Virus record (IMG/VR): IMGVR_UViG_2864926767_000001 | Origin: a virus | Direction: 5' to 3' (one strand) | Length of the DNA: 64,000 nt | Shown here: positions 31,525 through 40,763 of the stretch, piece by piece | How positions within the stretch are numbered: the first letter of the stretch is position 1 | Layout of the letters: the number at the start of each line of letters is the position of its first letter | The notes under the pieces: model-generated | The model's database searches: none | Told to the model about the DNA's origin: nothing | What the model saw: the letters and a program-made list of their open reading frames with translations, nothing else | Position numbers and translations under genes: made by a program

Positions 31525-31913
31525 GCTGCCGGGGACAGGCCTCTGCCGGCTTCCACAGAGGCCATACGCACCCCGCCCTCTTCGCTCACCAGGCGCACTG
31601 GAAACTCCACGGAGATCGCGTCCAGGCCCTGCAGCTTCCACACGTCTCCGGCCTGATCCACGACCCTCTCACCAGGGATTACTTCATGCGGAAGGTTCAG
31701 CGCATCTCGATTGGCAAACCACTGCTGAGCCCAGATGCTTTCCTGATCAGATGCGTAGAGGGAGATGCGCAGGTGCAACGCGCCCCCTGCAATCGCGCCT
31801 GTGACGTCGCCGTGCTTCAGCCCTAGCTCACTGACCAATCGCTCGATCTCTGCAGGAATTCGCCTTGCAGCGTCCTGGAGAGCCTTCTGTGCGCCCTCTT
31901 CCAACTCAATCAT
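31521..31913 (-). CDS. Hypothetical protein
   Basis: The ATG at 31913 overlaps the end of the upstream gene; operon-like arrangement. Confidence 0.6.
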   Translation of the reverse strand: MIELEEGAQKALQDAARRIPAEIERLVSELGLKHGDVTGAIAGGALHLRISLYASDQESIWAQQWFANRDALNLPHEVIPGERVVDQAGDVWKLQGLDAISVEFPVRLVSEEGGVRMASVEAGRGLSPAA

Positions 31914-32619
31914 GAACTCGCCCTGTCTCGACGCGATCCGTATAGGCCCCGTCTGGGCCGACGAAATCAACGAGCCTGGCCTTCCAGTAGGCACTTTGCG
32001 CATACGGGGGCAGACACTGGCTGAACGGTAGGCCGGTGGTTTCACGTAGCCGGACACGCTGAGTGCTGCTGAGCTCGTAGTAGTACGAGGAAGGCCCCTT
32101 GCCCATCTTGCATACCAGGATGGGCTTTCCATCCGGGCCGGCCGGGGGCAGACCCTTCAGCATCCGTGCGGATGAGGTGTGGACGTCAGAATTCGCCGGC
32201 AGGCCGGCAACGACCACATACCCGTTGTTCATGATCGCCTTGGGGAGGCTGTAACTGGCAGCAACAGGTCGGTCGAGGTTGAACAGACCATCCTGGGGAA
32301 CTACCGCACCATTGATGGCGCTCCGGGCGAACTGAGGCTGGAAAACGATGTAGTGATCAGCCATTTCGATAAGATTCGTCCCTGCCCTTGCCCAGGCCTG
32401 GAGATCATTACCGGCTGATTCTTTGTTACTCCACTCGGAGAACACCGAAGGGGAAGCCCCCACGTTGGGGTCGAGCCTTTTCTGCAAAATTGCAAGAGAG
32501 CTCCTGTCGGTTGGCCTGGCGACGAACTCCTCCAGGGCAGACTTGAATACGGGGTTGGCAACCGCCGATGTCGAGATCGAAACCAAGATGAGCGCCAGCA
32601 CGCTCAGAGGCTTTCTCAC
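31906..32619 (-). CDS. Secreted protein with a degenerate LHH (HNH/EndoVII) nuclease-like domain
   Basis: Signal peptide; RMLKGLPPAGPDGKPI....EL....YWKARL matches the LHH-domain frame, but the LHH histidines are replaced (LVCK). Confidence 0.6.
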   Translation of the reverse strand: MRKPLSVLALILVSISTSAVANPVFKSALEEFVARPTDRSSLAILQKRLDPNVGASPSVFSEWSNKESAGNDLQAWARAGTNLIEMADHYIVFQPQFARSAINGAVVPQDGLFNLDRPVAASYSLPKAIMNNGYVVVAGLPANSDVHTSSARMLKGLPPAGPDGKPILVCKMGKGPSSYYYELSSTQRVRLRETTGLPFSQCLPPYAQSAYWKARLVDFVGPDGAYTDRVETGRVHD

Positions 32620-33089
32620 TTCTTCTTCGCCTCCTGCTGCTGCTCGTCAATGTCCACCTGGCTCGTAACCCGGTGAAGACTGCGATACAGGCGCATCATA
32701 TTGTCGAATATGATCTTCTCCTGGATCACGTAGATCTTCTTCCCGTCATCAACCGCAACGCTGTGCTTTCCGATGATGATGACTTCCTGAATGTCCTTGA
32801 GCTTGATGGCTTCGTTGAAGCTACGCACAGGAAGGTCAGGGAAGCTGCTGGAGAGATGTGTTGCGGCCGGCAAGCGCGCTAGCGCCGAGCTCTTGCCGAG
32901 GCGAGCCTTGGTCTTGCCCGGTAGCCAAGACAGGTAGGCTTGGAACAGATGGCCGCCAGCCGGCCCTACCCCCAGGTAGTGCACGTCACCGCGCGATTCA
33001 TCAACCTCGATGAATGCCATCTTGATCTTGTTTAGGCTTGTCTCAATGTCCTCATAGACCAGGCCTTCAACTTCCATCGGAAGTGTCAT
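32616..33089 (-). CDS. Hypothetical protein
   Basis: GGAG RBS before the ATG at 33089; GTGA overlap with the next gene. Confidence 0.6.
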   Translation of the reverse strand: MTLPMEVEGLVYEDIETSLNKIKMAFIEVDESRGDVHYLGVGPAGGHLFQAYLSWLPGKTKARLGKSSALARLPAATHLSSSFPDLPVRSFNEAIKLKDIQEVIIIGKHSVAVDDGKKIYVIQEKIIFDNMMRLYRSLHRVTSQVDIDEQQQEAKKK

Positions 33090-33198
33090 TGGAATTCTCC
33101 GAACGGCCCGGCAACTAAAAAGCCAAGCGTGAACTAATGCGATCTTAAACAACAAACCGCAAAAGTTCTACACTTGGCCTTTTGTACGAAATTGGAGA

Positions 33199-34083
33199 TT
33201 AATGCTCCAATTCACCGCCCAGGTTTTCAACCATGGTGGTCAGCAGCTCTGAGACGTACTTGGAGATCAGGATCATGTCTGCCGCAAGCAGCTCCAGCGG
33301 CTCCCCGGTGCCGGCATCATGGTCTTCGAATGCGGCATCGGTGAGTTTGAAGCCCTTGAAGACAAAGTCTTCGGTCAGGCTGAAATCGACCTTCTTGTCG
33401 TGTTGCAGCTTGATCTGACTGATGACATAGCCTTCCGTGAGGTATTCGCGGAGGCGCTCGTCATCCAGGTCGTTCTTGTTGTATTTGATCTGGCTGCCAT
33501 CGCGCTCCAGGATACAGGAGTCGCCGAACAGCAGGTCTTTGGGCATCTGCGCGTGCTGCATCCAGGTAGTGATGCAGGTCTTCACGTTGTGCTGCGGACG
33601 CATCGGATAGATGACGTTTGAGGACATGCCGTCGCGGATGGCCGAAACCATCACATCAGCGTTCTTAGCGCTGCCCGTGTCGATGATCAGCAGCTTGTTG
33701 ATGTTGTCGATGTAGGCCCAGAGGTCTTTTGCCCTTGGCGCCGCCTGGTCAGTGAGGCGTTTGGTGATTTCCTCTTTGATGTCCCGGCGCTCGCTGCTCT
33801 TGATCTTCTCACCACCGCGCTCGAGCTTGAGGATCTGGATACGCTTATCCAGCTCAGTCTTTACGGCACCAGGGTCAGCTCGACGGGTTTCGGTGCGTAG
33901 GCAGAATAGGAAGCACTTATTCTGCTCGAAGACGCGCTGCTCAAGGCCGAAGATCTGGGCAAAGCCCTGAGTCTCATGCTGCTTGTCCCTGATCGGCTGG
34001 AATGCCTTCGACTCCAGGTGCTCCTGGAATGCCTCAACGTCGATGGGATCGATGCGGTAGGCGTTGATGTTTGAGAATTTCAT
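33199..34083 (-). CDS. rdgC: Recombination-associated protein RdgC
   Basis: MKFSNINAYR (F.NL..YR), F.P......GF, ERRDIKEEI...L..A, LLIIDTGSAK.AD, F.LTEDF..K. Confidence 0.85.
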   Translation of the reverse strand: MKFSNINAYRIDPIDVEAFQEHLESKAFQPIRDKQHETQGFAQIFGLEQRVFEQNKCFLFCLRTETRRADPGAVKTELDKRIQILKLERGGEKIKSSERRDIKEEITKRLTDQAAPRAKDLWAYIDNINKLLIIDTGSAKNADVMVSAIRDGMSSNVIYPMRPQHNVKTCITTWMQHAQMPKDLLFGDSCILERDGSQIKYNKNDLDDERLREYLTEGYVISQIKLQHDKKVDFSLTEDFVFKGFKLTDAAFEDHDAGTGEPLELLAADMILISKYVSELLTTMVENLGGELEH

Positions 34084-34181
34084 TGTAAAGGAATCGCTCC
34101 ATCTCCGTGATCTTGGGTACGGCAGCCCGTCGAGGCGACCGAAGGGGACGTGATAATTACAGATTAATTGACAGAGTGGAA

Positions 34182-34934
34182 GTGAATCCGCAGACTCCCT
34201 GCCTGCTCCTTTTCCATTATATTGTCGGTCTCGTTGTGTCACCTTCCGATCCCGTAGCCAGGCGCGAACAGCTAGCCATCTGGACGGCCCACCAGCCGTT
34301 GGCGAAGGCTCTCGTCCGGGAGAAGTGTGCCTTCAACCCCAGTATCGCCAAGGATGCGCTCCAGGAGGTGCAGCTTGCCCTCTGGGAGGCTACCCTCGAG
34401 CGGGATGTAGAGCTGGGCGACGCCTTCGCGGCCTTTGCCCACAAGCGAATGAGCCGGCGGCTCATCCACTTCCTCAGATACCTCGTCGAGGATAAGCCCA
34501 AGCTCTCAAGCCGCGAGCGTGAGCTGATCAAAGCCATTCGAACACGCGTGCGCGCCGGCACCGCACTCAACACCCTGATCATCAACGAACTCAGCCAAGA
34601 GCATGGTGTGGGCATGTTCAGGATCGTTGTCTTGCTCAATACCTGGGTGCACAACATGTCGGCGTACACGGCTGATGCGCACGCGACTCTCGATAGGCTT
34701 TCATCGGAAGAGCCGGATTTCGATGTGGATGATGAGCACCAACTCCTTGAGTTGGAGCTGGCCTTAGCGAAGCTCAACGAACGTGAGCTTGAGATTATCC
34801 AGGGCCGTTACCTGCAAGACCCCAATTCGACACTGGCTGAACTGGCGGCGCGCTTCAGCATTACCCCCCAGCGCGTTCGGCAGATCGAGGTGGCAGCCAT
34901 TGGGAAGCTAAGATCGCTGCTTCCCGCCGGCTGA
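34182..34934 (+). CDS. Alternative sigma-70-family factor (RpoH-like region 4)
   Basis: Region 2-like DALQEVQLALWEA...FAAFA; region 4 LNERELEIIQGRYL...TLAELAARFSITPQRVRQIE..AIGKLR; start uncertain. Confidence 0.8.
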   Translation: MNPQTPCLLLFHYIVGLVVSPSDPVARREQLAIWTAHQPLAKALVREKCAFNPSIAKDALQEVQLALWEATLERDVELGDAFAAFAHKRMSRRLIHFLRYLVEDKPKLSSRERELIKAIRTRVRAGTALNTLIINELSQEHGVGMFRIVVLLNTWVHNMSAYTADAHATLDRLSSEEPDFDVDDEHQLLELELALAKLNERELEIIQGRYLQDPNSTLAELAARFSITPQRVRQIEVAAIGKLRSLLPAG

Positions 34935-34943
34935 GACGGCGGC

Positions 34944-35789
34944 CTATCGCCCTTTCCCGAAAATGCTCAGGATCTCTTCTTTCGAGGCCTGACGATCAGT
35001 ATCCTCCTCCTGTACCTCGGATCGCGGTTCTTCCAGTGAAGACCCGTCATAGAGCCATGTGCGGTACATGGCCTTGAACCGCTCTTCCAGTTCACGAGTA
35101 CTTTTACCGTTCTCGCGTTTCTCAAAGCCCCCTGCCCGACCAATGGCCTTGCGCACCAGCGGGTGGAGGTCTGTCCCCGAATGGGCGCTGATTGCCGAGA
35201 ACCATGCCTCTTCGATGATTGGCACGCCCCTGCGGCTGGCCTGAACGGCATCCAGGAACTGGGTGGAGTTTGGCGCAAACACGCGGAAGGTTGGGCAGTT
35301 GGTGATCGCGTGTTCTGCCTGCCGGATTTCCTCTGGAGTAGCAGACATGCTTTCCAGGTCGGCGATCCACACGCGTTCCCTTACCAGGGACTCGATGGAC
35401 ATTTCTGTTTTCCAGCGGGCGTAGCAAACCCCGAATTTGACATCCACGTGGGCCCAGGCCTGGCGGACGCTCTTGGCGTATTCGTTGTACGGATAACACT
35501 GCACCGTACCCGCAAGCTGAACCACCGTTTCCATACTGGGAGGAAATTTTACGAACGGGGCCAACCCGGTTCCCATCCACTCTCTCAGCTGTATCAGGGT
35601 CTCAAGCGTAATCCCTGCGAAAACCAGCTCAGCAACGAGATTCGGCAGGTAGGTGTTGCTCACCCCGAGCTGATCCTCCACCAACTTGATGTTGTACCTG
35701 GTGGTGAAGTGCTTGTAGAGCTTGGCGGCTTCAGCCAACAGCTTGGGGTAGAGTTCTTTCTTTTGCTGTTCGTCCTGCATGTTCGCCAC
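34944..35789 (-). CDS. Lambda-P-like replication protein (putative helicase loader)
   Basis: W.....F.P...QF.....G.P..EEAW..A....HPLV..A....G.FE.R......RF..MY pattern recalls replication protein P homologs. Confidence 0.55.
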   Translation of the reverse strand: MANMQDEQQKKELYPKLLAEAAKLYKHFTTRYNIKLVEDQLGVSNTYLPNLVAELVFAGITLETLIQLREWMGTGLAPFVKFPPSMETVVQLAGTVQCYPYNEYAKSVRQAWAHVDVKFGVCYARWKTEMSIESLVRERVWIADLESMSATPEEIRQAEHAITNCPTFRVFAPNSTQFLDAVQASRRGVPIIEEAWFSAISAHSGTDLHPLVRKAIGRAGGFEKRENGKSTRELEERFKAMYRTWLYDGSSLEEPRSEVQEEDTDRQASKEEILSIFGKGR

Positions 35790-36503
35790 CTAGCGGTTTT
35801 CAATCAGATCCAACAGGGCTGCCATGTGATCCTCTTCAGAGGCCTGCACCTGGGCTTTGGAGCCGCTCTCTTTGAGCCAGTTCCTGATCCACAAGTGCAT
35901 CATCCGGATCTTAGGCCTGGCGTTGTGTCGCAGCTCTGAGAACATGAGTGCAAGTGCTGCCTCGATGTCTACACTCGGAAACTCCGTGCGCAAGGCTTGG
36001 AGAAGTCCATCATCTGGCTTGAACGCGATACCGTCGATGCTGAAATTCTCGCACGGGAGCCAGCCCGGATACCCGCCTTCCATGAACGGCTTTCGCTCAG
36101 CGCGCGGGATTATCAGGGTAACCTCCTGCACGACGGACTTACCAACCTTGACCAAGTCGAGCGTCTCGACGTGATCCTGGACTGTCTTCTCCTTCAGGCG
36201 GGAGTGCATCCTGGTGGTCTGCTTCCGGGCGATCCCTTTGGCAGCCTGGCTAATGGACTCACAGATCAGCAGCGGCTCGATGTTGCTGTAGTCGACCAGC
36301 CAGTAACCACACTTTTCAAGGGCGCCTATCGCGCTCCAAAGCTGCTCTGGTGGGAGTTCCCATTCACGAGCCCAGGCATCAACCGCCATCTGCAGCTTGC
36401 CGGCCGGCCTTGCCGCCATCAGCATTGCATTCAGCTCTCGACAGATGGCCCGCTCGATGAAAGGCATCCCGGCAGCCCTGAGCTCATGGCTCAAATCGTC
36501 CAT
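35790..36503 (-). CDS. DnaT / phage replisome-organiser-like protein
   Basis: N-terminal wHTH-like segment; C-terminal F.PD...L...FP.VD.E..L..M.....N......IRNWL motif; directly abuts the P-like gene. Confidence 0.5.
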   Translation of the reverse strand: MDDLSHELRAAGMPFIERAICRELNAMLMAARPAGKLQMAVDAWAREWELPPEQLWSAIGALEKCGYWLVDYSNIEPLLICESISQAAKGIARKQTTRMHSRLKEKTVQDHVETLDLVKVGKSVVQEVTLIIPRAERKPFMEGGYPGWLPCENFSIDGIAFKPDDGLLQALRTEFPSVDIEAALALMFSELRHNARPKIRMMHLWIRNWLKESGSKAQVQASEEDHMAALLDLIENR

Positions 36504-36606
36504 CGTTGAATCTCCTGCTTCTGTGATGGAAGGTGGCAGTCAGGCCTGCAATTTGTATAAAATTGAGGCTTGCGAGGAGCGCGGAGTCTATTCATTTTGA
36601 GGTCAA

Positions 36607-38487
36607 ATGACAATGTTGCGCGCTCACGAAGAAGCTATCGTCCTGTTCCCCCGAAGCTACAACAAGCGCGGGGATGAGAAGCTTCACTCGGTTCAAGGTG
36701 TCACTCTGGATGGCACCGAGGTGAACATCAAGCTGCGCATCGACACCTCTCGAAAAACCCGCGAAACACCTCCAAGCATCGCCGAGTTCTCCAGGACTGA
36801 CATCAAGGCCAAGAATCTATGCCTTGCGTCGCCGGAGAACAGCCGCGAAAACCGCGAAGGAATCCTGCTCTTCACAAACTGTGAGCTCGAGGAATCCAGG
36901 AAGAACACGATCCCCACCTACGTGGCCAAGTGGGCCTTCGTCCTGGCTGACCATTCGGAGACGAACGCTCCAATCTTCGGAAAGGGACGTATTGCGCTGA
37001 TCATCAACTCCGAGGCACTGCGTCGCAACCAGGAGGCCATCAAAAACCTCCAGGACACCAAGCCCATCGGCTGGGAGGCGTTGGTAGAGCAGAAGCGCCG
37101 TGAGCTTGATGATCCTTCTCTCCACCTTTTCCACGGGCACATTTACGACGAGGCCCGTGAGGTCACCCTTCCTCTGACCGACAAGGCTGCAGTGATTGAG
37201 TACGCAAAGCTTGTCTTCGATGAGCGTTCAAAGCATGGCGCCGTCATGGGCCTTCTGGCGCGCCTGGAGGGCGAGGCCGAAGCTCCTGAGGGATACGGCT
37301 GCCAAGAGCTGTTCCCACGTTGGAGCAAGCAGACCGGCAAGTACCAGCCGGCAGAGGACGTTCTCTCGTTCTACTTCGCGAACCTGGAACGGATCAAAGT
37401 CGACAAGACCCTGTTCAGGATCAGGCTGATGCCGATCCGCCGATACGCCGCCGGCACCCAGTTCAAAAACTACTACCTCAGCCGTGATCCTGGCGCGTCC
37501 ATGGCAAAGCTGAAGCAGAAGTTCCTCATCAACAACGAGCCTACGATCTGCCAGGTAGCTTTCACGCTGACCAAGCGTGAGGAAGGTGGCGATCACTTCC
37601 TGGGCAAGTATTACGTCCTGGATGCACCTGAGAGCTCGGTAGCTCGCCTCGGGCTTAAGTCGGATGACAGGGCCATGGCCCTGGTAGCAGGTGCTATTGA
37701 TCCGTTTGCTCGGTTGCCACTCGGCATATGCTGGCCGTCGCCAATCAGTCTCCCCGAATGGTGTGTAGGGGCTCCGCCGATTAACGATGTAGAAGCGCTG
37801 GCCCATGATCACGATGATCTGACTCTCCCCCTCCCAGAAGAAACCGAGGGCGTACCAGAGACGCTCGAATTCAGCGAGGATCTCCCAGTGCCAGAGGTCG
37901 GCCAGGATGACGTACCTCAGGGAGCTGAAGCTGAAGAGGTATCTGATCCTCAGCAAGTAATTGCTGAGCATTCACCGGATGAAGATCCCGAGTCTCCCGG
38001 AGTATTCGAAGTAAAGGTTTCCGCAGAGCTCGTGCCGGATCTCACCATTTCGCCTGAGCCTGAGCCTGAGCCTGAGCCTGTGGCGGAGCCGGTTGTTCAC
38101 GAAGCGTCGTCAGAACTTGTCGAGGAAGAAGATGACTCCTTGGCCGATCTCCTAGAGCTTGATGTCACAGACGAACAGCTCAGGATTGCCGAGGAAGAGC
38201 GAGAGCAAGTTGTAGCTTCCATTGCCCAGGATGCGCTCGATACCGCCCAGGAGGAGCCCCAGGAGGCCCAGGATGAACTGGAATACCCTTCCGACTCGTC
38301 TGTGGTAGGGGAAATGGTGATCGTTGATTCTGCGGCCGCTGGAGAGGCTACTGATGAAGGTGCCCGCTTTGCCCAACCAGACGGGGTAACCCCTCCATCG
38401 CTACCAGCGCCAGATGGCGAGCCAGAAACAGACAAGCCCGCCAGTGGCGGGCTTGCTGCGATTCTCAAGAAGCGCGGCTTGCTCTGA
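36607..38487 (+). CDS. Hypothetical protein with acidic disordered C-terminus, paralog of 10237..11559
   Basis: 626-aa ORF with GAGG RBS; E/P-rich tail including an (EP)n run. Confidence 0.8.
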   Translation: MTMLRAHEEAIVLFPRSYNKRGDEKLHSVQGVTLDGTEVNIKLRIDTSRKTRETPPSIAEFSRTDIKAKNLCLASPENSRENREGILLFTNCELEESRKNTIPTYVAKWAFVLADHSETNAPIFGKGRIALIINSEALRRNQEAIKNLQDTKPIGWEALVEQKRRELDDPSLHLFHGHIYDEAREVTLPLTDKAAVIEYAKLVFDERSKHGAVMGLLARLEGEAEAPEGYGCQELFPRWSKQTGKYQPAEDVLSFYFANLERIKVDKTLFRIRLMPIRRYAAGTQFKNYYLSRDPGASMAKLKQKFLINNEPTICQVAFTLTKREEGGDHFLGKYYVLDAPESSVARLGLKSDDRAMALVAGAIDPFARLPLGICWPSPISLPEWCVGAPPINDVEALAHDHDDLTLPLPEETEGVPETLEFSEDLPVPEVGQDDVPQGAEAEEVSDPQQVIAEHSPDEDPESPGVFEVKVSAELVPDLTISPEPEPEPEPVAEPVVHEASSELVEEEDDSLADLLELDVTDEQLRIAEEEREQVVASIAQDALDTAQEEPQEAQDELEYPSDSSVVGEMVIVDSAAAGEATDEGARFAQPDGVTPPSLPAPDGEPETDKPASGGLAAILKKRGLL

Positions 38488-38499
38488 GCAAGCCTAGGC

Positions 38500-39450
38500 T
38501 TAACGCCCCAAGGACGGGGATGGGCTCGTTTCGGGGAAGAAGAACTCTCGACCCACAGTGCAACCCATCTGCCCCTTGACCCATCGCTTCTCCAGCTCTT
38601 TGAGTCGAGTGACGATCTCTTCGTGCTCGAAGTAGTCCTCGGGCTCAATACCTGCGCGCAGAGCAATTTCAGCAGTCTTCTCCAGCTGCTGAGTGAGCTT
38701 CTGCTCGGTCATAGCGTCCTTGGGAGATCTGAATTCGTAACGCACCATCGACCTGGAGCCTTCAGGCCAGAATCGAGCCGTGTCGAGGATCTCCCCGGCA
38801 ATCTCTTCCACATAGCGCGCAGGCTCACCGGGGTTGGCCGGCCGGATAAGTGCGCCTGCTGGGGCCCCGCCGCCATCGCGCCAGCTGTATCCCTCTTGTT
38901 CATCCTTCACGTTGATGTAGGCGAGGAAGCCGCCGTGCAGTGGTTTATTCATCACCAGAAGCACAGTTTCCTTCATCTTCGGGTAAACGACGATCTTGCG
39001 CTCCCCATACTGAAGGATGTGACTATCCACCAGTGCTAGGGGCTTACCATCAACCTCCTGGCCGAGCTCCAGCTCGCCAATGTTGCGCAGCGGGTTGTTC
39101 TGCATGATGAGGTAAACCTGCTTCTTGCCCGCACCCTGCCCGCGTTCCTGCTTCTTCCTAGCGTGGAACTCATGGTTGATGTCTTTCCCGATGACTACGC
39201 TCTTGTCACCAAAGCGCAGGACACCAGAGTCGTCCTTGTACGGTACGACCTTGCCTTCAAGGGTCATGATCTCGCGGTGAAGGCTGATGTGGCGCTTGAG
39301 GCCGTCCTCGCGGATCATGTTGTACTCATCACCTGAGATGTGGTGAGCCTCCCAGCCAACCATCAGTTCGCCAGGAAAGCAGTACTCCAAGCTAAAGGCT
39401 TTCACCAGTCGCTCTTTGTTCGGTTGTGGGCTTTTCCTGTTTGTGCTCAT
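38500..39450 (-). CDS. Hypothetical protein
   Basis: 316-aa ORF, coding-like composition. Confidence 0.7.
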   Translation of the reverse strand: MSTNRKSPQPNKERLVKAFSLEYCFPGELMVGWEAHHISGDEYNMIREDGLKRHISLHREIMTLEGKVVPYKDDSGVLRFGDKSVVIGKDINHEFHARKKQERGQGAGKKQVYLIMQNNPLRNIGELELGQEVDGKPLALVDSHILQYGERKIVVYPKMKETVLLVMNKPLHGGFLAYINVKDEQEGYSWRDGGGAPAGALIRPANPGEPARYVEEIAGEILDTARFWPEGSRSMVRYEFRSPKDAMTEQKLTQQLEKTAEIALRAGIEPEDYFEHEEIVTRLKELEKRWVKGQMGCTVGREFFFPETSPSPSLGR

Positions 39451-39556
39451 GTGGTGTCACCGTGGGGACGCATTTCTCTTTACCTACTATGAAGCCGGAT
39501 GACGCAGGCAAGCAAGCCTTTAGCCATAAATTGCACGATCTTACTGGGCTGCAAGC

Positions 39557-39584
39557 TTGACACCCCCCTGCCCCGCCATATAAT
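39557..39584 (+). promoter_or_regulatory. Consensus sigma-70 promoter for the HU gene
   Basis: TTGACA-N16-TATAAT, ~65 nt upstream of the ATG. Confidence 0.75.
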
Positions 39585-39649
39585 TCGTGCCAGCAGTTGT
39601 GGCCCTGTAGCAGGGATGCGCTGTCCCAACCCTCAAGCTGGAGTGAACC

Positions 39650-39922
39650 ATGAACAAACAAGATCTGATCGACGCTATCGCCCAGGGCACTGGCCAGGCC
39701 AAGACCGAAGTGCGCGCCGTGCTGGACAAGCTGGTTGAAATCGCCGTTTCCGAAGTGCAAATCAACGGCAAGTTCTCGCTGCCGGACATGGCCATCCTGA
39801 CCAAGTCCCACCGTAAGGCCCGTACCGGCACCAACCCGCAGACCAAGCAGCCGGTTGCCATCGCCGCGAAAGACGTCGTGTCCATCAAGCCCCAGGGCAA
39901 GGTCAAGAAAGCCTTCGGCTAA
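39650..39922 (+). CDS. hup: HU-family nucleoid-associated protein
   Basis: MNKQDLIDAIA, RKARTGTNPQT...I.A, 90 aa. Confidence 0.92.
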   Translation: MNKQDLIDAIAQGTGQAKTEVRAVLDKLVEIAVSEVQINGKFSLPDMAILTKSHRKARTGTNPQTKQPVAIAAKDVVSIKPQGKVKKAFG

Positions 39923-39939
39923 GAAGCTTTCTCGGTTCG

Positions 39940-39967
39940 AAACGGCCTGCCTTGAGCAGGCCGTTTT
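39940..39967 (+). terminator. Rho-independent terminator
   Basis: AAACGGCCTGC-CTTGA-GCAGGCCGTTTT. Confidence 0.7.
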
Positions 39968-40037
39968 CGTTTCAGGGGTGTCGCCTTGTCCACTGCATTT
40001 CTATGCTCTATTATCGCGAAATTGCAAAGAGGTACGC

Positions 40038-40712
40038 ATGCGACATCCCACCATTCGCCGGCAGAACAATTTCCAAGAAAAAGACGAGCTTGAGTTTGAG
40101 CGCTTGCGCCTCGAGAACCTTCGCGCTGGCCTGGTTGAGGCCAAAGCGAGGGATCGGACGCCAGCCAACGTCGTCGCAACACTTCGCATTGCGTGTGAGA
40201 TTGAAGCCGTCACCCTAAACCTGGCTCTTCTTCAGGCTAAGAAGGATGGCCACATGGCTCTCTCTGCAGCTCGTGCGTTCCTTGATCAACTTTCCTCCAT
40301 GTTTCCTCGGCACTACGTTGATCAGCTGCCGGAAACGGTCTGTGACCGTAATATAGCCGAGCTCGAACTCAAGAATGTCACGGTCAAGGCGAAGAACAAG
40401 ATCCTAATTCTGAGCAACGTGATCATTGATCGCTTTAAGTCTATCGAGCCTCATGTTGCGCGTGCCCGTTTTGCGTTACCTGATGAAGCGCAAGCTGAAC
40501 TGCAGGGGATCAAAACCCTGGTGTCGACTTCCACCATGGAAATTCGCAAGAACTTAGGTCAGATGGAAGCTCTCTTCAGCGCGCACCCTGACATCATACT
40601 TGAGGGAATGAACCGAATCGCCCTCCCCTCGCATGTCATTAAAGAGGTAGAGTTCCACACACCCAGGAGAACAGCTTATTTGAGGCGCCTGATGTTTGAT
40701 TCGCGTGCATGA
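40038..40712 (+). CDS. Hypothetical helical protein
   Basis: GAGG RBS before the ATG at 40038. Confidence 0.65.
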   Translation: MRHPTIRRQNNFQEKDELEFERLRLENLRAGLVEAKARDRTPANVVATLRIACEIEAVTLNLALLQAKKDGHMALSAARAFLDQLSSMFPRHYVDQLPETVCDRNIAELELKNVTVKAKNKILILSNVIIDRFKSIEPHVARARFALPDEAQAELQGIKTLVSTSTMEIRKNLGQMEALFSAHPDIILEGMNRIALPSHVIKEVEFHTPRRTAYLRRLMFDSRA

Positions 40713-40720
40713 ACATCTAC

Positions 40721-40757
40721 CAAATAAAAAGCCCCGCAATGCGGGGCTTTTTATTTG
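40721..40757. terminator. Bidirectional terminator
   Basis: CAAATAAAAAGCCCCGCA-A-TGCGGGGCTTTTTATTTG. Confidence 0.85.
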
Positions 40758-40763
40758 TCTTGC

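Noticed and set aside
34944-36503. Prophage
   Set aside because: No integrase, terminase, structural or lysis genes in the window.
38053-38080. (CCTGAG)n tandem repeat
   Set aside because: In-frame PEPEPE low-complexity linker; no sign of phase variation.
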